The notes beneath the pieces were generated by a model. It ran no database searches and was not told the origin of the DNA. It was given only the letters and a program-made list of their open reading frames with translations. The position numbers and the translations under genes were made by a program. DNA of 64,000 bases, from assembly GCA_965207135.1 (NCBI GenBank), contig OZ242272.1:2682275-2746274 (forward strand), read 5' to 3'. Below, in pieces: positions 19,169-27,820 of this stretch (its first letter is position 1; each line of letters opens with the position of its first letter). Source of the stretch: Chloroflexota bacterium (lineage in GTDB: Bacteria; Chloroflexota; UBA11872; VXOZ01).

Positions 19169-20929
19169 ATGGCGTTGCGGAGTCAGAAGTTGCGCGACCT
19201 CAACCGCCAGGGCGATGCCCTGCGCATGGGAATGGACTGGACGGTAGACGATCTGGGCAAGCCGCAAGTGCTGGTGGAGAGCGTGACAGGCTGCTCACAC
19301 CCCTCCAGCGTGCATCTCGGCGACCTGGTCGAGCAAGCCAAGTTTGGCGTCTACACGCGCGGCGGCAAGCCCGCTGAATTTTACTGCACCGACATCTGCG
19401 ACGGCGTGGCCCAAGCCCATGCCGGCATGCGCTTTAGTCTGCCCTCGCGGGACATCATCAGCTATATGACCGAGATCCACGCGCTGGCCCATCCCCATGA
19501 CGCCATGGTGTGCATTTCCACTGCTGATAAGGCCGTACCCGGCCATCTGATGGCCATGGCGCGGGTCAATCTCCCAGCCATTCACATTCCCGGCGGCACG
19601 CAGACCAACGGCCCCTGCAACATGTCGTCAGAACTCATGTATCCGCTTGGCATTATGCGCGACAAAGGGCAGATTACTGAGGAAGAACTGATTGCCAAGC
19701 AGAAGCACGCGTGCCCCACGCCGGGTGCGTGCCAGTTCATGGGCACCGCCAGCACCAACCAGGTGATTGCGGAGGCGCTGGGGCTAGCGCTGCCCGGCAG
19801 CGCGCTCATTCCGGCTGCTCTGCGCGAACTCACCCGCATGGCCAGGGATGCCGGTGAACAAGTGATGACCCTGCTGGAACGAAATATCCGGCCCCGCGAC
19901 ATCCTGACGCCGGAGGCATTCCACAATGCCCTCGTACTTCACGCTGCCGTGGGCGGGTCCACCAATCTCCTTCTCCACCTGCCCGCTATCGCCGCAGAGG
20001 TGGGCATCGAGGTCCTCCCGCAGCAATTCGACGAAATCGGCCGCAAAGTCCCGGTGCTGACCGATGTGAAGACGTACGGTACGCATCCCGTGGAGTACAT
20101 CTGGTACTGCGGCGGCGTGCCGGCCCTGATGAATGAGGTCAAAGACTTTCTTTACCTTGACTGCCTCACGGTTACGGGCAAGACCATCGGTGAGAATCTG
20201 GAAGACCTGGAAGAGTCCGGTTGGTTCGACGAGATCGCAGGCTACCTGGACAACCACGGCCTGCGCAAAGAGGAAGTGCTCTATCCCATTGAACGGCCCT
20301 ATAAGACCGGCGGCACAATTGCGGTGCTCACCGGCAACCTGGCGCCGGAGGGAGCCGTGATGAAGCACGTAGCCGCCGACCCGCGCACGCACCAGATGGT
20401 CGGGTGTGCCGTGCCCTATGACTGCGAAGAAGACGCCATCGCCGGCGTGAAGAACGATGAGATCAAGCCGGGCGACGCCATGGTCATTCGTTACGAGGGC
20501 CTGCGTTCCTCCGGCATGCCGGAGATGTACTTTTGCACCACCGTCATCTCGGCACGGCCTGACCTTGAAGCCAGCACCGCCATCATCACCGACGGCCGCT
20601 ACTCCGGCGCTGCCAAAGGGCCCAACATCGGCCACGTGATGCCGGAAGCAGCGTTGGGCGGGCCGCTCGCGCTGGTGGAAAGAGACGACTTGATCGAGAT
20701 AGACGTGCCCGCTCGGTCGCTCGCCATCGTGGGCGTGAAAGGCGAACGCAAGTCTCCGGCAGAGATCGAGCAATTATTGGCGGAGCGCCGCAGCCGCTGG
20801 CAGCCGCCGGCGCTCCGGCATGAGCCTGGAGTCCTGTCGCTCTACCGGCGAGACGCTGCTGTTTCCACGAACGGCCTCCCAGAAGACGTGCCGGCGCGTT
20901 CACTGCCGGAATCACTCCCACGTCCATGA
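19169..20929 (+). CDS. IlvD/Edd-family dehydratase (dihydroxy-acid or sugar-acid dehydratase type)
   Basis: 586 aa. Family motifs CDGVAQAHAGMRFSLPSRDII, ADKAVPGHLMAMARVNLPAIHIPGG and GACQFMGTASTN. The usual CDK is ADK here. Confidence 0.8.
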   Translation: MALRSQKLRDLNRQGDALRMGMDWTVDDLGKPQVLVESVTGCSHPSSVHLGDLVEQAKFGVYTRGGKPAEFYCTDICDGVAQAHAGMRFSLPSRDIISYMTEIHALAHPHDAMVCISTADKAVPGHLMAMARVNLPAIHIPGGTQTNGPCNMSSELMYPLGIMRDKGQITEEELIAKQKHACPTPGACQFMGTASTNQVIAEALGLALPGSALIPAALRELTRMARDAGEQVMTLLERNIRPRDILTPEAFHNALVLHAAVGGSTNLLLHLPAIAAEVGIEVLPQQFDEIGRKVPVLTDVKTYGTHPVEYIWYCGGVPALMNEVKDFLYLDCLTVTGKTIGENLEDLEESGWFDEIAGYLDNHGLRKEEVLYPIERPYKTGGTIAVLTGNLAPEGAVMKHVAADPRTHQMVGCAVPYDCEEDAIAGVKNDEIKPGDAMVIRYEGLRSSGMPEMYFCTTVISARPDLEASTAIITDGRYSGAAKGPNIGHVMPEAALGGPLALVERDDLIEIDVPARSLAIVGVKGERKSPAEIEQLLAERRSRWQPPALRHEPGVLSLYRRDAAVSTNGLPEDVPARSLPESLPRP

Positions 20930-22194
20930 GTGCGCGGTCGCCCTACCCGCTGTATGCCGTGCTCACAGTCGCGGTGCATGCCCAGGGACTAGGCAGATCG
21001 CCGGGAGAACCCACCCGCCCGGGATTAGAGGACATTTGTGCGGCAATCGAACGCGTCGGCTGGGTGCAGATCGACACGCTCCAAGTAGTCAACAGAGCGC
21101 AATACCTCACGCTCTGGAGTCGGCTGGGCACCTATGACACCTCCTTGCTCGACAAGCTCCTCTTCGACGACGGTAACACCTCTCCCGACAACAACCGCCG
21201 CCTGTTCGAGTACTGGGCACATGCGGCCTGCATCATTCCGCTGAGTCTCTATCCGTATTTCCTGCCGCGCATGCGCAGCTACCGGCAAGGCGATAACAAA
21301 TGGTACAGGAATTGGGTGAAGAATCCTGAGAAGCAGCAATTGGCAAGTGACATCTTCGCAACTGTGCGGGAACGTGGGGGCTCCCGACCGGCGGACTTTC
21401 GCACCGGCGAGCGCGCGCCGGGCACATGGTGGAACTGGGATGACGCGAAGGTTGTTCTGGAGCATCTCTATAACATTGGTGAACTCGCCATTGCCAACCG
21501 CGTGAATTTTCAGCGCATCTATGACGTTCGCGAGCGCGTGCTGCCCGCCTGGGTTGAATGGCATGAGCCGCCCGAAGAGGAAGCCCTTAAACGCTTGCTG
21601 GAGATCTCCATGCGGGCCTTGGGGGTATGCGCGCCGGAGCAAGTCGGCAACTACCTCAAGCTAAAGTCAACCGTTGCAAGACCGCTGGTGGCGGCACTGA
21701 TTGCGGACGGCACATTCGTTGCAATTGAAGCCGAGCTTGCCGATGGGGAAACGCACCAACTCCTGGTGCATCGCGACAACCTGCAACTGCTGGAAGCCGC
21801 GGCGGATGGCGCCCTCCGCGTCCGCCGCACGACGTTTCTCAATCCCTTCGATAGCCTCTTTTGGGCCCGTGGACGCGACCGCGCCATGTGGAACTTCAAT
21901 CAGACGCTCGAGTGTTACAAACGAGCGCCGGACCGGATCTGGGGATATTTCTGCCTGCCAATCCTGGACAAGCGGCGGCTGGTCGGCCGCTTCGATCCAA
22001 AGCTGGAACGAAAGACCGGCTTGCTCAGGCTAAAGGCGCTCTACCTCGAACCAGGCATAAGTCCGAGCGAGCGGCTGGCTGGCTCGGTTGCCCGCGCCAT
22101 GCGTGACTTCATGCGGTTCCATAACGCATCTGACGTGGTGATCGAACGGAGCGACCCGGCAGAATTCGGCCGCAAACTCATGTCTGCCTTATGA
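20926..22194 (+). CDS. Winged-helix YcaQ/AlkZ-like (DUF1006) protein, putative interstrand-crosslink DNA glycosylase
   Basis: 422 aa. VGWVQIDTLQVV (QxD motif as in YcaQ-like proteins). FEYWAHAACIIP. Start overlaps the upstream stop (ATGA). Confidence 0.7.
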   Translation: MSARSPYPLYAVLTVAVHAQGLGRSPGEPTRPGLEDICAAIERVGWVQIDTLQVVNRAQYLTLWSRLGTYDTSLLDKLLFDDGNTSPDNNRRLFEYWAHAACIIPLSLYPYFLPRMRSYRQGDNKWYRNWVKNPEKQQLASDIFATVRERGGSRPADFRTGERAPGTWWNWDDAKVVLEHLYNIGELAIANRVNFQRIYDVRERVLPAWVEWHEPPEEEALKRLLEISMRALGVCAPEQVGNYLKLKSTVARPLVAALIADGTFVAIEAELADGETHQLLVHRDNLQLLEAAADGALRVRRTTFLNPFDSLFWARGRDRAMWNFNQTLECYKRAPDRIWGYFCLPILDKRRLVGRFDPKLERKTGLLRLKALYLEPGISPSERLAGSVARAMRDFMRFHNASDVVIERSDPAEFGRKLMSAL

Positions 22195-22268
22195 ACCGCT
22201 GCTAGACTCAAGCCAAGGTCAGGGTTCTCACTCAATGGGATGCACTATTCACCACGGGAGAATTCGCG

Positions 22269-22700
22269 ATGCAGTCAGTAGTAATCAGGAGCCACGAGCG
22301 GCTTCAGCACGTCATTGTCACGGACACACACGCGCTGGTTGCAGACGAGCCGCCGCCTGAAGGGGAAGGTCTTGGACCCAATCCCTATGAACTCCTGCTG
22401 GCCGCGCTCGGCACCTGAACTGCAATGACGCTGCGGCTGTATGCCGACAGGAAAGAATGGGGTCTCCGAGCGGTCAAGGTGGAACTCAGCCACGAGCGCG
22501 TCCACGCCCGCGACTGTGCCGAGTGCGAGCAAGAGGGCAGCTCAAGGATCGACCTCATCCGCCGCTACATTGTGGTAACCGGCGCACTCGACGCAGCCCA
22601 GTGCGAGCGGCTCTTGCAGATTGCCGAACGCTGCCCCGTGCATCGCACGCTGGACGGCGGCCCGACAATCCTGACGGAGTTAGATTTAGTGTCGGGCTAA
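22269..22700 (+). CDS. OsmC-like peroxiredoxin-family protein with in-frame TGA (candidate selenocysteine) at 22416-22418
   Basis: ATG at 22269 preceded by GGGAGA. Translation is MQSVVIRSHERLQHVIVTDTHALVADEPPPEGEGLGPNPYELLLAALGT[TGA]TAMTLRLYADRKEW...IAERCPVHRTL. The TGA sits where OsmC/YhfA-like proteins carry the first conserved Cys. The same frame continues into track ORF 22425-22700. Confidence 0.65.
22431..22450 (+). other. Candidate bacterial SECIS hairpin for the OsmC-like gene
   Basis: CUGCGGC-UGUAU-GCCG(A)CAG. It starts 12 nt after the TGA and has G and U in the apical loop. Confidence 0.4.
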
Positions 22701-22797
22701 GGGTAATCTCATTGCGTAGGTCATCTAAGCCGGAGGAGAAGCCGAGAATCGAAAGGTGGCAAACCTCCACTCGACGGCACCTGCGACTGGAGAAGAT

Positions 22798-22985
22798 CGG
22801 ATGGATTCCCGCTTTCGCGGGAATGACGGAGTGATGTATTTCCCTCTTTGTAGCGCGGGGGCTTGTCCCCCGCGAGAGACCGTGGGTTTGTGGTGGGTAG
22901 GCCTTTCCGCCGCTTAGACTCAAGGGCACGCTGCACGGATCGGATGAAACCCCACTAGCGCAGGAATGCCGGGCCGGTCTGCTCA
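22798..22985. repeat. Composite REP/MITE-like element (family A hairpin plus family B hairpin plus shared 3' segment)
   Basis: ATTCCCGC-TTTC-GCGGGAAT (22805-22824). TGTAGCGCGGGGGCTTGTCCCCCGCG (about 22849-22874). GAAACCCCACTAGCGCA near 22945. Confidence 0.65.
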
Positions 22986-23078
22986 ACCTCCGATTTCCAA
23001 AGGCGGTTTGTTCAGGGATAGACGATTCAGCCCTGCTGCGTGCGCCTGCAAGCCCTTCCCAGTCGAGAAGAAAGAGAA

Positions 23079-24470
23079 TTAGCGCATGTTGCCCAACAAT
23101 TCCAGCGTGGTCTTCTGGACACTCTCACCCGCGGCGGCAGTGAAGCGACTCCAGCGGCCCATTCTCACCTCGTAGCCGCCTTCCTCGTAGGCAATCGGCG
23201 TGGGAAAGTAACCCTGATAGCAGTTCGCGTAGCCAACAATGTACGTATTGGCAAAAGGCGACAGTTGCTTTATGTCTAGTCCAATCTTGCAGAACAGCTC
23301 GCCGGGCACGCCGACCCACGCGCTCTCCCCAATCTTCAGAACCTGAATCTCGCCCTCTTCTTGCCGCGCAACATTGCGGGTGAGTTCGTACTGTTCCCGC
23401 ACCAAGCCATGCGTGTTTGCCTCAGTGCGCAATTCCGCTGCTGTCGCGCCACCGTCTACCAGAAGTTGGACCTGTGCCCTCGCAGCGGCGTAAGCGCGTT
23501 CTGCCTCGTCCTTTGTCGGCAAGTCGGTGCGATAGGCCCAGTTTACGCGTTTGGACGCCACGTGGACGCGGCACTCTTCCTTTGGAAATTCGTCGGGCAA
23601 GAGTGACGCCGCTGTGCGCACCACTTCTCCGGCAAGTTGCCAACCAACTTCGCGGGCATCACGAGGGTTGCGCCGCACAAGCGGCGGATTGACGTCACCA
23701 CACGCGCCCTGGGTGAAGAGCGCCGTAACACCGTGCCCGAGGGCCGCTTCCACAGCCGCCGTTGCAAAGCCCGGAAAGTCCGCCGAAACGAGCGGCTGGC
23801 TCATGGCGCAGATGGGGTGAGCCGTAAAGTTGCAAAGCACCGCCAGGGGCGATCCATCAGGGCGCTGGGCGAGCAGCACACCTACTTCCGGATCAACCGG
23901 CCCGCGCCGCACCTCTTCGCTGGAAGCCGTGCGGTCCCAATTGCGATACACCTTGCCGTCGCGACGAATCACCCGCCGGTTCTCCGAGATGCCGTTGATC
24001 CCACCGGACGAAACTTTGATAACTGCCGGCTGACGCTGCTGCCACGCGGCAATCGCTGCGCCCGCCAGGCTGTGTATGAGGTCCTGTACCCACGGCCAGT
24101 CCAGATCAAGGGTGGAGAGGTCAATAGAGGCGTGGCTGCTGTGCGTGTGGCTCGCACTGAGCATTACATGTTCGCCTTGGATGGATGTATGCGTTGCTAT
24201 TTGCTCACGCACCGAAGCGGCAAAAGGCGCCGGGGGAAAACCAATCATGTCGCAAGCGACCAGTGCGACCGCCTGCTCGCCATCGTCAATAACGAGCGCC
24301 TTGGCCCAGAGTTCGTCGTGGACCCCCAAGAACGGGTCCTGACGGTCCCACCCATAGCCTAGATAGGGCATGCCCGCCGCGGGCGTGATGCGGGCACGCG
24401 CTGTCCCCACCTGAAAGAACCGCGTGCTGTCAGAGCTGGCTGCCGGCATGGTGCTCTCCTCGTTTGGCAC
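23079..24470 (-). CDS. Neutral/alkaline ceramidase-like hydrolase
   Basis: 463 aa. N-terminal ARITPAAGMPYLGYG...GVHDELWAKALVIDDG...VACDMIGF and LSASHTHSS resemble the Ceramidase_alk family. Confidence 0.45.
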   Translation of the reverse strand: MPNEESTMPAASSDSTRFFQVGTARARITPAAGMPYLGYGWDRQDPFLGVHDELWAKALVIDDGEQAVALVACDMIGFPPAPFAASVREQIATHTSIQGEHVMLSASHTHSSHASIDLSTLDLDWPWVQDLIHSLAGAAIAAWQQRQPAVIKVSSGGINGISENRRVIRRDGKVYRNWDRTASSEEVRRGPVDPEVGVLLAQRPDGSPLAVLCNFTAHPICAMSQPLVSADFPGFATAAVEAALGHGVTALFTQGACGDVNPPLVRRNPRDAREVGWQLAGEVVRTAASLLPDEFPKEECRVHVASKRVNWAYRTDLPTKDEAERAYAAARAQVQLLVDGGATAAELRTEANTHGLVREQYELTRNVARQEEGEIQVLKIGESAWVGVPGELFCKIGLDIKQLSPFANTYIVGYANCYQGYFPTPIAYEEGGYEVRMGRWSRFTAAAGESVQKTTLELLGNMR

Positions 24471-24783
24471 TGGCGCCTACCGTGTTTGATCATCTGCTAA
24501 GAGGATACTCAGTCAAGGCTGTATCTGTCTAAGAAGAGGGACAAGTGAGAGAATTAGAGGAGTCCCCCTTGCAATCACCAGACCAAGCCTCAGGTCGCCG
24601 CCCTGGAATAAACACTACATCTGCAAGTCGCTCTTGAAGAAGTGTCGTTGCTGCTCCAACCTAGCGATTGCCATCAATGCCGGCTGCATCGCACATCCAG
24701 GATCCGAATGCCTGGGCTGCTCTCTTGTATAATCAATGCAATGTGCGCCACGCCATAATCGGAATAGTAGGATGGAGGCATCC

Positions 24784-25557
24784 ATGCGCGAAATCCCGCA
24801 CCTCTTTGACGCCAACGCTTTTCTGGGGCCCATATTTCTCCGCCACGACGATACCCCTGATGACGTGCCGCGCCTGCTGGCGGCGCTGGACGAGAACGGC
24901 ATCAGCCGCGCGCTCGTCACGCACGGCCGGGCCAAGTGGCAGCATCCCGCCATTGGCAACCGGCTCGTCATCGAACAAACCAAGGGGATTGACCGCCTCG
25001 TGCCGTGCTGGGTCGTCCTGCCGTCCATCACCGGAGAAATGCCGCCGGAGCGCGAACTCGTCGCGCAGTTGCTGGAATCCGGCGCGCGGGCGGCGCGCCT
25101 CTGCACCGGCATGAACCGCCTTACCCTGGAACCCTTTGAAATAGACACGCTGCTCGAAGCCCTGGCCGAGCGCCGTGTGCCGCTGTTCCTGGACACCAAC
25201 AACCGGCACTGGAGCGAAGACCGGCCGTGGGCGTTTATCGAGTGGGCCGTCCGTACGTTTCCCACGCTGCCGCTCGTGCTCCTGCGCGAGCCGCCGGCGA
25301 ACTACCGTACGCTCTTTACGCTCATGGAGCGGCATGCCAACCTGTATATTGAGACTTCCTATTTCCAGGGCCACGATGCCATTGCCCATGTTGCGGGACG
25401 GTGGGGTGCGGACCGCTTGGTCTTTGGCACCGGCATACCGGAGTGGGATCCCGGCATGGCCATTACGGGGCTTACCTATGCCAGCTTCTCCGTGGAGGAA
25501 CGTGACGCCGTAGCCGGCGGCAGCCTGCAACGCCTGCTCGACAACTGTGTCGTCTGA
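24784..25557 (+). CDS. Amidohydrolase-family protein (amidohydrolase_2-like)
   Basis: Start placed at MREIPHLFDANAFLG, 6 nt after GGAGG. TIM-barrel hydrolase-like pattern, C-terminal LVFGTGIPEWDP. Confidence 0.6.
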   Translation: MREIPHLFDANAFLGPIFLRHDDTPDDVPRLLAALDENGISRALVTHGRAKWQHPAIGNRLVIEQTKGIDRLVPCWVVLPSITGEMPPERELVAQLLESGARAARLCTGMNRLTLEPFEIDTLLEALAERRVPLFLDTNNRHWSEDRPWAFIEWAVRTFPTLPLVLLREPPANYRTLFTLMERHANLYIETSYFQGHDAIAHVAGRWGADRLVFGTGIPEWDPGMAITGLTYASFSVEERDAVAGGSLQRLLDNCVV

Positions 25558-25616
25558 CCGCATGCGGCAAGACACGCGTGGATTCCCAAGAATTATGAAC
25601 AGAAAGACGTGAAGAC

Positions 25617-26441
25617 ATGGCACAGACAACGACAGCGACTGACTCCTCTACACTGACCATCCGCGAGGCGGCCCTGCGCGGCGAACCGCTCACCGATACG
25701 TTCATTGTGAACAATCACTCCCACCTCGGCCTATACTACGGATTCGCGCAGCCCGCGCCGGACGCTGATTCGCTGGTGCGGACGATGGACCGCGTGGGCA
25801 TCGATCAATCGTGCGTCTTCCCCAGCCTGGCGATAACGGCTGACATGCGCGCCGGCAACGACATGAGCCTGGAGGCGGCCCAGCGGCATCCCGGCCGCGT
25901 CTTGGCATACGCCGTACCGGACCCGAACCTGGCCAGCCAGGTGCGGGACGAGATGCAACGCTGCATTGACGCCGGAGTGCGCGGCATCAAATTCCATACC
26001 GGACTGCATGAGTACCCCTTTGCGGGTCCGGGATATATCCCGGCGTTTGAACTGGCGGACAGACACCGGTTGCCGCTCATCAGCCACGGCGTAGACTCGC
26101 CTGACGTGCTGCGGCGCACCGCCCGCGCCTATCCCAACGCCCACTTCATCGTGGCCCACGCCGGCGCAGGCAGAAGACGCCCGGAAGCGGACCCAATTTA
26201 CGACGTTGCGATTGAGGAGCCGAACGTCTATCTGGATACCGCCGGTTCCGTTGCGTACTACGGAATATTCGCGCAATTGGTCAAGCACGTGGGAGCCGGC
26301 AGGATTCTCTACGGTGACGACTTCCCGTGGATGTGTCCCACGCACCAGATCGGCCGCATTCTGCTGGCGCCCATCACCGACGATGAGAAGAAGCAAATCC
26401 TCGGCGGCACCATGCAGCGGTTGCTGAGCACCCGGCAGTGA
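25617..26441 (+). CDS. Amidohydrolase-family protein (amidohydrolase_2-like)
   Basis: NNHSHLG (HxH), GIKFHTGLH, IVAHAG, LYGDDFPW. Confidence 0.65.
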   Translation: MAQTTTATDSSTLTIREAALRGEPLTDTFIVNNHSHLGLYYGFAQPAPDADSLVRTMDRVGIDQSCVFPSLAITADMRAGNDMSLEAAQRHPGRVLAYAVPDPNLASQVRDEMQRCIDAGVRGIKFHTGLHEYPFAGPGYIPAFELADRHRLPLISHGVDSPDVLRRTARAYPNAHFIVAHAGAGRRRPEADPIYDVAIEEPNVYLDTAGSVAYYGIFAQLVKHVGAGRILYGDDFPWMCPTHQIGRILLAPITDDEKKQILGGTMQRLLSTRQ

Positions 26442-26524
26442 GCTTCTGTAGAGTTTGTAGGGAGAGGCGGCGCGAAGCACGGGAACATGCCCTTGGCCAT
26501 TGGCGGAACCCTGGTGGAACAGAA

Positions 26525-26665
26525 TAGTTGGATCCCGCCAGGGCGGGAGTGACGTTTGGTGAGTTCTCTTGCTGCCTAGCAATTGTGAAGGGACAACTGT
26601 GTAGCGCGGGGGCTTGTCCCCCGCTCTTAACGAAACCAGACTAGCGCAATGGCGACAGGACCCCC
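26525..26665. repeat. Second copy of the composite REP/MITE-like element
   Basis: TCCCGCC-AGG-GCGGGAGTGACG (26533-26553). TGTGTAGCGCGGGGGCTTGTCCCCCGC (26598-26623). GAAACCAGACTAGCGCA. Confidence 0.65.
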
Positions 26666-26778
26666 GCAAACGTGCGAATGTTGTTTTGGGCCGTGACTCT
26701 TTGCCTAGAGAACACTTGAATTACTCCGCCACAGTTTAGTAGCCCGGCCAGCCGCATTTCCTTAGTGAGGGGAAAACC

Positions 26779-27627
26779 ATGAAGTACCTAATGCTCTCAA
26801 AGCCGTTGGAAAACCTCTCCTACGAGGAGCTCGCCGACACCGTCGCCGGTCTCGGCATGGACGGCGTGGACCTTACGGTGCGCTCGCCCGGGCACGTGCT
26901 GCCGGAAAGGGTAAAGACCGATCTACCCAAGGCGGCACAGGCCATGCGCAGCCGGGGTCTGGAAATCGGCTGGTTGACGACGGCCGTGGAGTGTGCGGCA
27001 TCGCCCCACGCGGAAGACATCCTCGCCACCGCCTCCGAGCTGGGAATCAAGCAGTTCAAGCTGGGCTACTACCGTTACGCCGGCTTCGGTTCGATGCACC
27101 GTCAGATAGACGAAGTCCGAGAGCAGTTGCGTGGCATTGAGCATCTCTGTCAAAAGTACGCCATCCAAGCCGGCATTCACGCGCACTACGGGCCTACCCT
27201 TTCCGCCACCACCCACGTGGTCTCGTTACTCTTGGAGGGGTTTGACCCCGCCGCCCTTTGCTACTATCCCGACCTCGGCCACATGGGGGTCGAGGGGAGT
27301 TTCGGCGGCTGGGTCCACGGCCTCGACCTGCTTGCGGACCGTATAGACATGCTTGCCCTGGAAAACGTCGCCCAGTTCCGTGAAGAAGACCCGGAGACGG
27401 GCGCCGCGCGCTGGCAGACCAAGGTCGTGCCCTTCGACCAAGGCTTCATCCCCTTCCCCGAAGCCTTCCAATACTTGAAGCAAATCGGCTACGCCGGCTA
27501 TGCATCTCTTCAAGCAGAATACCGGGGCGCTAACAGCTTCAAAGACATGGGCCAAGCCGAACTGCTGGCCCAGGTACAGCAGGACCTGCGGTACACAAGA
27601 GAGTTAGCGGACGCAGTTGGACTGTAG
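26779..27627 (+). CDS. Sugar phosphate isomerase/epimerase (xylose-isomerase-like TIM barrel)
   Basis: 282 aa. AP_endonuc_2-like pattern (GMDGVDLTVR..., IHAHYG, DLGHM, SLQAEY). Confidence 0.7.
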   Translation: MKYLMLSKPLENLSYEELADTVAGLGMDGVDLTVRSPGHVLPERVKTDLPKAAQAMRSRGLEIGWLTTAVECAASPHAEDILATASELGIKQFKLGYYRYAGFGSMHRQIDEVREQLRGIEHLCQKYAIQAGIHAHYGPTLSATTHVVSLLLEGFDPAALCYYPDLGHMGVEGSFGGWVHGLDLLADRIDMLALENVAQFREEDPETGAARWQTKVVPFDQGFIPFPEAFQYLKQIGYAGYASLQAEYRGANSFKDMGQAELLAQVQQDLRYTRELADAVGL

Positions 27628-27820
27628 GCGCAGCCCATCTGCCGTTGAATCCTCTGGTTGTGACTCCGGCAGAATTCGCTCTTCGTCCACTCTTCTTTGC
27701 AATGCTACAATGTGCAAGCAGGTGCGCTCTTGCAGGTCGCCACTGTGCCGAGCGCTGGATTGCATGTAAACCAACTGACAGCAATAGCCTACGCACACCA
27801 AGAACAGGGGGCAGCAGCAC

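Noticed and set aside
22555-22986. 143-aa and 71-aa minus-strand ORFs in the osmC-ceramidase spacer.
   Set aside because: They are read-throughs of the hairpin repeat elements (pseudo-peptides VIPAKAGIHP / RHSRESGNP), not genes.
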